Positions 10,235 to 19,929 of a stretch of 64,000 bases of DNA are shown one piece after another. Where the stretch lies: NCBI GenBank assembly GCA_017405445.1, contig JAFRAK010000039.1, forward strand, positions 2,773 to 66,772, given 5' to 3'. This DNA comes from Bacilli bacterium. Lineage in GTDB: Bacteria; Bacillota_I; Bacilli_A; RF39; UBA660. Under the pieces are notes generated by a model, which was not told the origin of the DNA, did no database searches, and saw nothing but the letters and a program-made list of their open reading frames with translations. Position numbers and translations under genes: made by a program. Position 1 is the stretch's first letter. The number at the start of each line of letters is the position of its first letter.

Positions 10235-10618
10235 ATGGCTTTAACTAATTTAGGAAAAACTTGGTATGACCCTAGTCAAGTTACTGGAGTTATACAACCT
10301 ACTGAAGAAGTAGTTCAAGACAGATATTCTTCTAAAACTAATTTAAGTTTAATAGACGGTAATACTGTAATTAGAAATATGAGAATAGCTGATATTTATA
10401 TACCAGAATCTGATGGAGATACTGTTCGTAAAATAGAAGCTGGAGAAGAATACCGTCCAGATTTAGTAGCTTATAGACAATATAATAATCCAATGTTAGC
10501 TTGGGTAATACTTTCAGCTAATAATATGAAAAGTCTGTTTGAATTTAAAGTTGGAAAAATTATTAGAATACCTGAAATAACTTCACTATATACTGAGGGA
10601 GGAGTACTTAATAGATAG
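10235..10618 (+). CDS. tail protein X / LysM-like baseplate protein
   Basis: SD AAGGAGG. ...YRPDLVAYRQYNNPMLAWVILSANN... resembles P2 gpX-type small LysM-like proteins. Baseplate context. Confidence 0.4.
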   Translation: MALTNLGKTWYDPSQVTGVIQPTEEVVQDRYSSKTNLSLIDGNTVIRNMRIADIYIPESDGDTVRKIEAGEEYRPDLVAYRQYNNPMLAWVILSANNMKSLFEFKVGKIIRIPEITSLYTEGGVLNR

Positions 10619-10628
10619 GAGGTAAAAT

Positions 10629-11030
10629 ATGGGCAAAGCTAACTTATATAATGCTAGAGGAGCTGCTTTAGTTCCAAAATTATTTAGTGATAATGGAGGT
10701 TGGAATGAAAAGTCTAATCTTCAAAAAATAGAAGAAAATATTAGAATAGAGTTAATGACTTCTAGAGGTACACAACCTGGAAACCCTAACATGGGTTCTG
10801 ATATCTATAAATTTTTAAAATATGGAAAAACTTCAGCTACAGCATCTATGATTAGATACGAAATAGATAGAGTTTTTGAAGAAAAATTTCCTGAATTATC
10901 AATAGATAGAATAGATATAGAATATGAACATGTTACAATTAGAATATATTTATATTATAGAATAGAATACTCTAATATAGCATCTAATGTTACTTTAGAG
11001 TTTATAAATGGAGAAGGAGGTACTGAATAA
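10629..11030 (+). CDS. baseplate wedge protein, gp25/GPW family
   Basis: IRIELMTSRGTQPGNPNMGSDIYKFL matches the GPW/gp25 signature. Size 133 aa. Located 5' of the baseplate J-like gene. Confidence 0.7.
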   Translation: MGKANLYNARGAALVPKLFSDNGGWNEKSNLQKIEENIRIELMTSRGTQPGNPNMGSDIYKFLKYGKTSATASMIRYEIDRVFEEKFPELSIDRIDIEYEHVTIRIYLYYRIEYSNIASNVTLEFINGEGGTE

Positions 11031-13084
11031 TGGCTAGAGACTGGATAGATGAAGATGGATACACTTTAATTACTCCTGATGATTTAGGAAGTGTTTTATC
11101 AGTTTTACAATTTATTATAGATTATGCACAAGATAGAGATAATGAAGAACTTAAATTATTAGCTGGAGATCTATATAAACAATTCTTTAATGTTTTTGAA
11201 ATTACTGATGCTGATAAATTAAAGCTTCCATATAATAGAAAAAGTTATTCTACTATCTTAGAATATTTAAAGCTTCAAGCAGAACAATTATCTGAAGGTA
11301 GATGGAATGATTTTTCAGACTCTGATATAGGAGTAGTAATTTTAAAACTAATGTCTTATTTAGCAGACATGCAGAATTATAACGTTGATAAATCTATAGC
11401 AGAATTATATCTTTCTACTTGTAGAGAAAGAGCTTCAGCATTATTACTTTGTAGATTGATAGGTTATAAACCTAGACATTATATGTCAGCTAAAACTAAT
11501 ATATGGTTAGGAGCTATACAAGATGAAGATGATGAGGGCAATTTAGTAGAAAGAGAAATTCCTAATGGAACTGTATTTCCTAGAGGTAGTACTTTTTCTA
11601 CTGGAACTGACTATATTTATACAACATTAGAAGATGCAATATTTACAGATAATCTTTGCAATGTAGATGCTTATGAAGGAACTCTTAAAGAGTTTACTTT
11701 TGAATTAGGAGATATTACAGATTTAGGAAGAGTAGTTTTACCAGACTATGCGATAGCATTTAATACAGTTCAGCTATTTATAGATAATCAAGAGTATAAA
11801 GCTGTAGAAGACGTTACTATAAATACTGGTGGATTAGAATTTTCAGTTCACTGTAGTGAAGATAGATATATTTATTTACAATTACCAGCATTCTGGGCAG
11901 ACGTAGTAACTGCTGCAACATCTATGAAAATTACTTACTTAATTAGTAATGGTAAAGCTGGAAGAGTTGGTCAAAATAAAATTCAAACTTTAGAAACTGC
12001 TTGTACAGAAAAATCTAATATTAGAATAATATCTAATAGTCAATCTATAGAAGGTTATGACCCTGAAACTTTAGAAGAGATAAAGCACAGTGCTCCTATA
12101 CATGCAAGAACTATGAATACTTTAGTTACTTTAGATGATTTTGAATCTATTGGAGGACTTACAGATGGAATAGCTGATGTTAGAGCTTTAGATTATAATG
12201 ACCCTTCATCTGGGTTAATACAACCTACGCCTGGACCTGGTGGTTATGTAAATGATGCTTATAAAGTTAATATCTATGTTTTACCAGACTGCGTAGATTA
12301 TGATGAAGAAAATCCTGAAAATAATAAATACAGAAATACTATAATAAAATTTAGAGAAGATTGGAACTGGAATGATATGCAATATGTTGCTGAAAACGTA
12401 GAACAATTTGCTCAAGCTAGTATAACTGGAAATCAAATAATTTTAGCTGGTTATGGAATTACTTATACTGATGTAGATGATATAGTTTTAGGTGTAGATA
12501 CTCTTAAAACTGTAACTAGTTTTCTACCTAAATATGTTGATACTATTCCTGGCAGTTCTGAAGAATTTACTTACACAGTTAACATCAGTGGAGATGATGT
12601 AATTGTTACAATGTGTAATAACTGGAGAGATTTTATGCCTACGCCTCTGTCTAAAATATCTATATTCTTTAAACAAACTCAAGTTTTAACTGAAGCTGGT
12701 CAACAACTAAGAGAAACTATAGATTCTAGAAGACTACACTCTTTATGGATTACTTATTATGATGTAGAGATAATAGAACCTAAGATTTATATAGAAATTT
12801 ATATGGACTCTAGAGATATTAGATTTGAAAGCATAGCTACTCAAGTAAAAGAATTCATTCTAAAAAGATATGCTAGAGATAATTATTTAAAACTAGGAGA
12901 CCCTATCTTTGCAAGTGTTATAGGTAGTGATATATTAAATGAATTTGATTTTATTAGATATGTAGAAGTAGGTTTACCAACATTTACTGATGATTTAATA
13001 GAAGTTTTACCTAGACAATTCTTAGATATAATTCCACCTAATGTAGAAACTAAAGCTATAGATTATCAATATAAACAAATCTAA
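11030..13084 (+). CDS. baseplate J-like (gp6-like) wedge protein
   Basis: 684 aa, directly after the gp25-like gene with an ATG/TAA overlap. This is the typical gp25 then J order. Confidence 0.6.
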   Translation: MARDWIDEDGYTLITPDDLGSVLSVLQFIIDYAQDRDNEELKLLAGDLYKQFFNVFEITDADKLKLPYNRKSYSTILEYLKLQAEQLSEGRWNDFSDSDIGVVILKLMSYLADMQNYNVDKSIAELYLSTCRERASALLLCRLIGYKPRHYMSAKTNIWLGAIQDEDDEGNLVEREIPNGTVFPRGSTFSTGTDYIYTTLEDAIFTDNLCNVDAYEGTLKEFTFELGDITDLGRVVLPDYAIAFNTVQLFIDNQEYKAVEDVTINTGGLEFSVHCSEDRYIYLQLPAFWADVVTAATSMKITYLISNGKAGRVGQNKIQTLETACTEKSNIRIISNSQSIEGYDPETLEEIKHSAPIHARTMNTLVTLDDFESIGGLTDGIADVRALDYNDPSSGLIQPTPGPGGYVNDAYKVNIYVLPDCVDYDEENPENNKYRNTIIKFREDWNWNDMQYVAENVEQFAQASITGNQIILAGYGITYTDVDDIVLGVDTLKTVTSFLPKYVDTIPGSSEEFTYTVNISGDDVIVTMCNNWRDFMPTPLSKISIFFKQTQVLTEAGQQLRETIDSRRLHSLWITYYDVEIIEPKIYIEIYMDSRDIRFESIATQVKEFILKRYARDNYLKLGDPIFASVIGSDILNEFDFIRYVEVGLPTFTDDLIEVLPRQFLDIIPPNVETKAIDYQYKQI

Positions 13085-13107
13085 TTTATAGCTCAAATAA
13101 AATAATT

Positions 13108-13140
13108 AGAAAGTTAGAATAAAATTTCTAACTTTCTTTT
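13108..13140 (+). terminator. rho-independent terminator
   Basis: AGAAAGTTAGAA-TAAAAT-TTCTAACTTTCT 12-bp stem followed by TTT. Confidence 0.75.
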
Positions 13141-13254
13141 GAGCTCATTTATGAACTAATATATAATTTTATATAAAACTTTGACTTTAGAAAAATTTAA
13201 CATAATATTTATTAAATCATCAAGTTTTAATCTAAGAATTTATTGTATTTTGTG

Positions 13255-13352
13255 AAAAAATAGTTCTTAGATTTTTAGTTACCGAAACGGTAACACACGA
13301 TCTTAAATATATATTCTCTACTATATTTATTATTCTAGATTTAATTATTATT
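13255..13352 (+). repeat. about 100-nt intergenic repeat, copy 1 (partner 56667-56770), with conserved hairpin
   Basis: Shares AATAGTTCTTAGAT...CGGTAACACACGATCTTAAATATATATTCTCTACTATATTTATTATT...TAGATTTAATTAT with copy 2. Hairpin here is TTACCG-AAA-CGGTAA, versus TACCGC-TCAA-GCGGTA in copy 2. Confidence 0.7.
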
Positions 13353-13495
13353 ATTTTAGAAAATATACACGTACACGTAGAGTACCAATACTTAGAGATC
13401 TTTATTTAGAGATTTAGTTGACAGAGATTTAATAGAGAAAATTACAAGCAATTAACATAAAATATAATATAGAAAATTCAAAGGAGATTTAAAAC

Positions 13496-14887
13496 ATGTC
13501 TGAAGAAAATAATTTTTACACTACATCTACTGGAAAAGTAATAGAATATTCAAACACACCTAAAGCTATAAGTATGAGAAAAACAAGAAGTAAACCTGGA
13601 AAGACTAAACCAAAGAACGTTTCTAAAGATTATTCTGATTTAGTTAAAACTTTTATATTCCCTGTAGATTCTAGAGGAAGAAAAATACGTAATTCAAAAC
13701 CTATAAAAATTATTAAAAATTATAAGGGAGTAGAAGATTTAATTGAAAAATTAACATATCAATCAAAAATAAAAGATACTACTTTTAAGTTTTTTGACAC
13801 GAAAGGTAAATTTTATAGTACTAAAAACGTTAAAGAAATAGCAAAAATGTTAAGAAAATTTAAATTAGATTTAAGCAAAGGTATATATGTATATCAAATA
13901 TATCACTGTGATTTAAGTAGATTAAATTCTGATAATGCAGGAAAAACAGATGATGGATGCTATGATAATGCTATAAATAAAATGAATCAAAGAAAATGTA
14001 GTGTAACTTTCTTTAGAAAAGGCTCTAATGAGAAGAAAACAGTATTTTCTGCTTTTGAGCTAAGTTTATATAAAAATGATATTGATTGGAATAGATTAGT
14101 ATTTTTAATAGACACAAAACCAGAGAAATATGATAGTGATAGATGGAATGATGAGATTCAAGGTTATTGGCTTATATTATCTAAATTAACTACTAAAGAA
14201 CAAGCAGAAAAATATGAATATAATAAACATGTTTTAAAACCTCTTCATACATTTATGAAATATAAGATAATGGTAGATAGATGCATTATAAACGGTGGAA
14301 TACATTCAAGTTTCAGTAAAAAGAAAGATATAACTTTGAAAAGTATGCTGAAAGATTACGGTGCTTTTTCATATCATTATATCAATAAAATATTTAATGA
14401 CGGTTCTTTATTAAAACGAATATTGAAATATTGGAAAAAATTCTTTAATTTAGATAGTTGGGTAACCTTTAGAAATGATTTAAAGAAAGTATTTTCTGGT
14501 ACTTTGTTAATATATGGTGAGTGTGAAGACTTCTTTGATGGTTTAGTTTTAAAGTTCGCTAAAATGTTAGATATAGATTGTACAAGTTATATAGAAAAAT
14601 TAAGAAATAAAAAGAGGACTAACCAAACATACTATAATATTCAATGCCCAGACTTTTTCTATGACTATGAAGTATTACAAAAGGTTTATCAAGATGAAAG
14701 GTACAAAAAATCTGACTATGTAAATTATATAAAAGAACTTTCAATTTTAGATACAAGAGATTCTATATCTAATAACAAATGTAAATTCTACGATAAACCG
14801 TCTTACGCATACGATATTAAATGGAATTATGATGACGGTGAAAATATGTTTTCAGATTTTGCAAGTTTTTCATTTAATGCATATTAA
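13496..14887 (+). CDS. hypothetical protein
   Basis: SD AAAGGAG. 463-aa Lys-rich ORF, first gene after the intergenic repeat. Confidence 0.5.
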   Translation: MSEENNFYTTSTGKVIEYSNTPKAISMRKTRSKPGKTKPKNVSKDYSDLVKTFIFPVDSRGRKIRNSKPIKIIKNYKGVEDLIEKLTYQSKIKDTTFKFFDTKGKFYSTKNVKEIAKMLRKFKLDLSKGIYVYQIYHCDLSRLNSDNAGKTDDGCYDNAINKMNQRKCSVTFFRKGSNEKKTVFSAFELSLYKNDIDWNRLVFLIDTKPEKYDSDRWNDEIQGYWLILSKLTTKEQAEKYEYNKHVLKPLHTFMKYKIMVDRCIINGGIHSSFSKKKDITLKSMLKDYGAFSYHYINKIFNDGSLLKRILKYWKKFFNLDSWVTFRNDLKKVFSGTLLIYGECEDFFDGLVLKFAKMLDIDCTSYIEKLRNKKRTNQTYYNIQCPDFFYDYEVLQKVYQDERYKKSDYVNYIKELSILDTRDSISNNKCKFYDKPSYAYDIKWNYDDGENMFSDFASFSFNAY

Positions 14888-14915
14888 CACTATAACAGTT
14901 AAAGGAGGAAACGTT

Positions 14916-15314
14916 ATGGCACAACCATATAGAGACCCAGCAGATAGCTATATTTATAATTATGAACATGGGATTGACTTTAATGAAGTAGAAGATAGAA
15001 AAGAAGCTGAGTACAAGAAATTTGATGAATGGGAAAAAAGAATGAAAAAAGGAGAAGAAGAGCTAATAGCTAAACAGTATGAAGAATTAAAAGCAGCACA
15101 AAGAAAATTTAAAGAAGAATGCTATGATAAATGGTGGAAGAAATATAGTGAAGAAAATAAAGATAAGATAGAACATGGAGATTATGAGTATTATTTGTAT
15201 AGATTTTGGCAAGAATTTGATTATAGATATAGCTTTACTGCAAAACAAGAAATGAAACTGAAAGAGTACCGAGATCAAGTAAAACGTGATGGTGAAAGAT
15301 TTTTCAATCAGTAG
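14916..15314 (+). CDS. hypothetical protein (charged, Trp/Tyr-rich)
   Basis: Start set at ATG 14916, which follows AAAGGAGG. The track start 14829 would overlap the previous gene. Confidence 0.5.
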   Translation: MAQPYRDPADSYIYNYEHGIDFNEVEDRKEAEYKKFDEWEKRMKKGEEELIAKQYEELKAAQRKFKEECYDKWWKKYSEENKDKIEHGDYEYYLYRFWQEFDYRYSFTAKQEMKLKEYRDQVKRDGERFFNQ

Positions 15315-15330
15315 CATAATAAATATTATA
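15312..15330 (+). promoter_or_regulatory. TAR-CATAAT... motif (phage promoter-like family)
   Basis: TAGCATAATAAATATTATA overlaps the upstream stop codon and lies just 5' of the SD. It is one of about 10 similar sites. Confidence 0.35.
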
Positions 15331-15345
15331 AGGAGGTAGTAAATT

Positions 15346-16695
15346 ATGAATGAAAAAGATTTAGCAGATTTATTAAAACATAATCCATTCAGTAAAACAG
15401 AGTATTACCCTATAAAGAATAAAGTCTTAAATGGCTTGTTAGGAGGTCAAGGACTACCTAAAGGTAGTATAGTACATATTGCAGCTGGTTCTGGAACTGG
15501 TAAATCTACAGTATGTTTAAAAGATATATGTGCAGATTTATTAAAGCAAGGACAAGACATTGCATATATTGATGCAGATAGAGGAATAAATACTGCAATT
15601 ATGGAATCTACTGGAGTTCTTCCATATCATAACAACACTGATAGAAGTAAAGGCGGTTGTTTTATGGTATTTAGAAAAAGTACTTTTCATGAAATTAACG
15701 ATTTAATTCAAGAACTAGTGAATAAGAATTTTTCTATTATAGTAATTGACACTCTTTCAGTAATAGACTCTGGAATGTATATGGGTAAAGATGCTTATAA
15801 CATTGAAAATATGAGAGTTGGAGGAGAAGCACAAAAGCTAAGACAGTTAATGAAAAATATGAATGTTTTAGCAGAACAAGATTCTAGAAAAGTAAACTTT
15901 ATATTGTTAAATCATACAGCCAAAGAGATTGGAGGATTTAGTTTTGGAGCACCTAAAGAAGCACCTAAAGGTGGAGAAGCTCCTATACAATATTCTGATA
16001 TAGTTATTCAGTTCTATAAATATTCAGATAAGTCAGAAAGTTATAACAACAAACCTATTGGACAAAAAGTATATGCTCAAATAGTAAAATCAAGATATAT
16101 AACAGGAAAAGTAAAAACTCCGTTCTTTATTAGATATGGTAAAGGTATTTCAAATATTTTAACTTATAAAGAGATATTTGAGTCTGGAAAACCTACAGAA
16201 GATGATTGTTATATAGAAGCTAAAGGCAGAACTTATTATTTAAGACATCCTAATTTATTTGAAGAAATAAAATATGTTGGCAAAGATAATTTGTTACAAA
16301 CAATCATAGATAATTATCAAGTTATCAATAATTTATTTACTCCAAATGACTGGATGATAAATACTGATAGAGAATCTGAAATATTAGATGTAGAGTATAC
16401 TTTAGATGATTTATCTATGTTACCTAAAAATTTACAAGATAAAAAAGTAGTTACTTCTATGAATGGCAATGTATATTTTATGAGAGGTATAGATATTTAT
16501 GGACAAGGTTATGGAGTATATTATAATATAGGAACTAAGAAAATAGTTAAAGAAATGAACTCTGGTACTGAATTTATAAATGCTAAAGAAGTAGATAAAG
16601 CTATTAAAGATATAGAAGAATATTTAAAAGCAATTCAAGATGAAGAAGACAATAAATCAATAGAAGATAAATTAGATTCAGTAGAGATATATTAA
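15346..16695 (+). CDS. RecA-superfamily ATPase (recombinase or replicative-helicase-like)
   Basis: Walker A AAGSGTGKST, IVIDTLS Walker-B-like strand. 449 aa. Confidence 0.5.
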   Translation: MNEKDLADLLKHNPFSKTEYYPIKNKVLNGLLGGQGLPKGSIVHIAAGSGTGKSTVCLKDICADLLKQGQDIAYIDADRGINTAIMESTGVLPYHNNTDRSKGGCFMVFRKSTFHEINDLIQELVNKNFSIIVIDTLSVIDSGMYMGKDAYNIENMRVGGEAQKLRQLMKNMNVLAEQDSRKVNFILLNHTAKEIGGFSFGAPKEAPKGGEAPIQYSDIVIQFYKYSDKSESYNNKPIGQKVYAQIVKSRYITGKVKTPFFIRYGKGISNILTYKEIFESGKPTEDDCYIEAKGRTYYLRHPNLFEEIKYVGKDNLLQTIIDNYQVINNLFTPNDWMINTDRESEILDVEYTLDDLSMLPKNLQDKKVVTSMNGNVYFMRGIDIYGQGYGVYYNIGTKKIVKEMNSGTEFINAKEVDKAIKDIEEYLKAIQDEEDNKSIEDKLDSVEIY

Positions 16696-16723
16696 CATAA
16701 AATTATTAGAGGAGGTAAAATCG

Positions 16724-17951
16724 TTGAAATTATCTATAAAAGACTATCAAATTATAAGACAAGCAGTTCTAGATTTTAAACCAGGACTTACTGTTTTAGT
16801 AGGTCCCTCTAATAATGGTAAATCTAGTATCATAAAAGCGATGAAAGCAGCTATATATACAGAGTCAGGTACTACTCCTATAAGAAATGGAGCAGACTCA
16901 TATATTGTAGGAATTCAAAAAGACAATCACACAGTTATATATCAGAAAAAAGAAGGTAATACTAGATATGTAGTAGATGGAGAAAAGTATTCAAAATTCC
17001 GGTTTAAACACTCCAGAAGAGGTTAAAAAAGCTTTAAACATAAAAGAAGTTATACTAAATGGTAATAAAATTCAATTGAATTTTTGGGACCAGATGGACA
17101 AGCCATTTCTTTTAGATAAAAGTGCTGGAGAATTATTTAAATTTATAGTAGACTCTGGAGAAAACGATCAACTTTCATCAGTTTTAAAATCTATGGTGTC
17201 AGATAGACAACAAATAAACAGAGAAGCAGACATAGTTCAAGGAAGTATTATATCTACAGAAAATATGATAAAAGAACAACAAAGTGTTTTAGATAAAACT
17301 AAAACTATGCTAGAAAATGCAGATAGAGTTATAGACATGAAAGAAAAATATGATGAATATAAATCTGTAAAACATTTAGTAGATACTTATACAGAGGCTG
17401 AAAATGAAATAAAAGAAACTAGACCTAAATTATTAGAAGATTTAGGGAAATTCGATAGCTATAATATTTTAGATTATTTAATAAAAGATAAATTAAAAGA
17501 AATGATCGATATAAGAAATAAAGTAAAAGAATGGAATTCATTAAACTTAGAAGAACATAATGAAACAGAGTTAAGAAATATTATATCTAATAAAGAAAAT
17601 ATATTGAAAAATATTGATATTCATCAGAATAAAAATCTAAGAAATATTGTTCAATCATATAATAATATTAAAATAGATATAGAAAATACTTCAGAAGCCA
17701 TTCTGAAATTAGAGAAAGCTATTCCAAGTAATACAATTATAGATAACTTAAGTTTATTAGTAGAACTTAAAAATATTAAGTTTAACGTAGACTATATGAA
17801 TGAAACTATTATAAAAGAACAGAATAACATAGAAGAATTAAACCGAAAAGAATTAGAGTTAGATGAAATTAGAAGAAATATTAAAGTTTGTCCTTTATGT
17901 GGACAAAAGATAGGAGGAGAACATGTACATAGAGAAAATGTTAGTGAATGA
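16724..17951 (+). CDS. Rad50/SbcC-like ATPase, N-terminal half (Walker A, coiled coil, zinc hook); needs +1 frame change at CGG 17000-17002
   Basis: TTG start after GGAGG. GPSNNGKSS Walker A. TTC-CGG-T at 16997-17003. Skipping C17000 joins track ORFs 16724-17026 and 16977-17951 (..GEKYSKF|GLNTPEEV..). Long coiled coil ends in a CPLCGQ hook. Confidence 0.65.
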
Positions 17952-18228
17952 TGGAGTTTCTGTAGAAGATAAATTTAACTCTCTTACATCAGAGCAACAA
18001 ATAGAACTTCTTAATGAAATACAAACACAGAGAGATAGTTTTAAAGAAAGTAAGATAGTAGCAGAAACTAAAATAAAATCTTTAAATGATGCTAAAGAGA
18101 AGATTTTACAAGAGTTAAAAGATAAATATAAATTAGATAGTATAGAAGAAGCAGAAAAGAAAATAGCTGAATTAAATAGCGAGATTATTTCGGCTTTAAA
18201 TAACTTTGCAGAAGCACAATCTGTATAG
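17923..18228 (+). CDS. coiled-coil protein (possible second coiled-coil arm of the Rad50-like complex)
   Basis: Strong AGGAGG then ATG 17923, overlapping the end of the hook-containing ORF. Ends at TAG 18226-18228, in frame with the next ORF. Confidence 0.45.
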   Translation: MYIEKMLVNDGVSVEDKFNSLTSEQQIELLNEIQTQRDSFKESKIVAETKIKSLNDAKEKILQELKDKYKLDSIEEAEKKIAELNSEIISALNNFAEAQSV

Positions 18229-19278
18229 GTGTTTTTATACGAAAGTAAACTGAGTGAAAGTCATTTTAATACTCTCGCTAAACAGAAAATAAAATTTAAA
18301 AAGAATAGTGTCAGTAGTTTAAAGCAGTATCAACAAAGATGGAATAAATATATGTCAAAAGACTCTAATCTAAGACTATATATAAGTAGCTATTTAAAAG
18401 CTGCAGAAAAAGATTTAAAAACAGAGCTAAAAGACTATTGGTACAAATCTAGAAAGTCTGAAGCTTGGTATTTTACTTTAAATATAAATGGTAGTAAAAC
18501 TAAGCTTAGAATCGCAAATCATGATACAGTAGATGAAGCTGATTTTGACGATTGTATATGGCTTAGTGATTATGGTAGTATGAAGGGTGTATACAAAGGC
18601 ATTTTAAGATTTATAGATAAATGTATACTAGAATGGAGGAATAGGGTGACTATAGATAATTTTGAAACATTTTATAATTTAGCTCTTAAGAAAAGACAAG
18701 AGTACGAAACAACTAAACAAATAAAAGAGAGAGCTGAGAATCAAAGATTAGAGTATGAAAATCAATTAAAGTCTTTATTAAATAAACATAAAAACTATGA
18801 AGATGCAATTGATTATTTAAAGGAAATTATAGAGTTAATTAGTAGACAGCATATAGAACATATAGAAAAATTGTTAGACTCTGCAGTTAAAACTATATTT
18901 TATGATAAGAACTATTCTATAAAATTAGAGATATCAGAGTTTAGAAATGGTAATTGTTTAAATATTCTTTTGAAAGAAGATACTGATGAAGGTGAAATAA
19001 TTACTGATATCAAGAATAATGGCTTTGGAATACAAGGAGTCATAGGATTTGTTTTACAAGTGTACTTTATAATGTATCATAAATTAGCTCCTATTTTAGT
19101 GATGGATGAGGCCATGAGTACACTTTCGTCACAGTACCTGTCTTATTTTAAAGAGTTAGTAGACGCATTATCTAAACAATATAATTTTAATTTTGTACTA
19201 GTAGCTCATGACCCTAGATTTATTGATATTGCGGATTACAAGTACGAAGTAAAAGATGGAGAGGTAAGAGAAGTATGA
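18229..19278 (+). CDS. Rad50/SbcC-like ATPase C-terminal part (start uncertain)
   Basis: C-terminal LVMDEAMSTLS (Walker B-like) and VLVAHDP (D-loop/His-like). GTG 18229 has no SD. An alternative GTG at about 18648 follows GGAGG. Confidence 0.5.
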   Translation: MFLYESKLSESHFNTLAKQKIKFKKNSVSSLKQYQQRWNKYMSKDSNLRLYISSYLKAAEKDLKTELKDYWYKSRKSEAWYFTLNINGSKTKLRIANHDTVDEADFDDCIWLSDYGSMKGVYKGILRFIDKCILEWRNRVTIDNFETFYNLALKKRQEYETTKQIKERAENQRLEYENQLKSLLNKHKNYEDAIDYLKEIIELISRQHIEHIEKLLDSAVKTIFYDKNYSIKLEISEFRNGNCLNILLKEDTDEGEIITDIKNNGFGIQGVIGFVLQVYFIMYHKLAPILVMDEAMSTLSSQYLSYFKELVDALSKQYNFNFVLVAHDPRFIDIADYKYEVKDGEVREV

Positions 19279-19727
19279 TAGAAAAAGAAGAAATTATGGA
19301 GCCTTTAATGAATAGAACTAAATCAAATTATTTATATCAAGTTTTAAAATCAATTCTAATTTTAGAAGTAGAATGTGATATAATAGCTTCTCCTTGGGAT
19401 TATGAGAAAACATTAAACTGGTACAGAAAAGAATATGGGTATGATGAAACTGATAATTTAAATGTAAAATATGTAGACATCAGAAATGAGGGAATGTGGG
19501 ATGAGATAGGTGATGAAGATGATGATTTTGAGTCGCTTTCTTATCTATTTTATATAAAGGATTTTGAAGAACTTATTATTAAAGATAGAAAAAATCAGTT
19601 TAATAATGTTAGAATTATAGATGGTAATTTATGTAGATATATTTCATTTGAAAATTATTGTGATAAATATTTAAAATCTGGTAGAAATATGCAGAAACCA
19701 GAGGTAATAGCTAGTACTGAATATTAG
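19275..19727 (+). CDS. hypothetical protein
   Basis: Overlapping ATGA junction with the upstream gene, SD present. Confidence 0.5.
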   Translation: MIEKEEIMEPLMNRTKSNYLYQVLKSILILEVECDIIASPWDYEKTLNWYRKEYGYDETDNLNVKYVDIRNEGMWDEIGDEDDDFESLSYLFYIKDFEELIIKDRKNQFNNVRIIDGNLCRYISFENYCDKYLKSGRNMQKPEVIASTEY

Positions 19728-19738
19728 GAGGAATATAA

Positions 19739-19927
19739 ATGAAAGAAAAGTATAGATTTATGTTATATTTACTTAGATGGCAATTAAGCACTCCAATATT
19801 AGCATTATGCTTAAGTATGTTAAATTTTTCTACTCTAATAAATACTATTATTGCTAATTTAATTGGAGGAATTATATTTTATTGGGTAGATAAGTATATA
19901 TTTAATAAAAATAATAAGGAGGAATAA
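19739..19927 (+). CDS. small membrane protein
   Basis: SD TAGGAGG. Two hydrophobic segments in 62 aa. Confidence 0.5.
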   Translation: MKEKYRFMLYLLRWQLSTPILALCLSMLNFSTLINTIIANLIGGIIFYWVDKYIFNKNNKEE

Positions 19928-19929
19928 TT

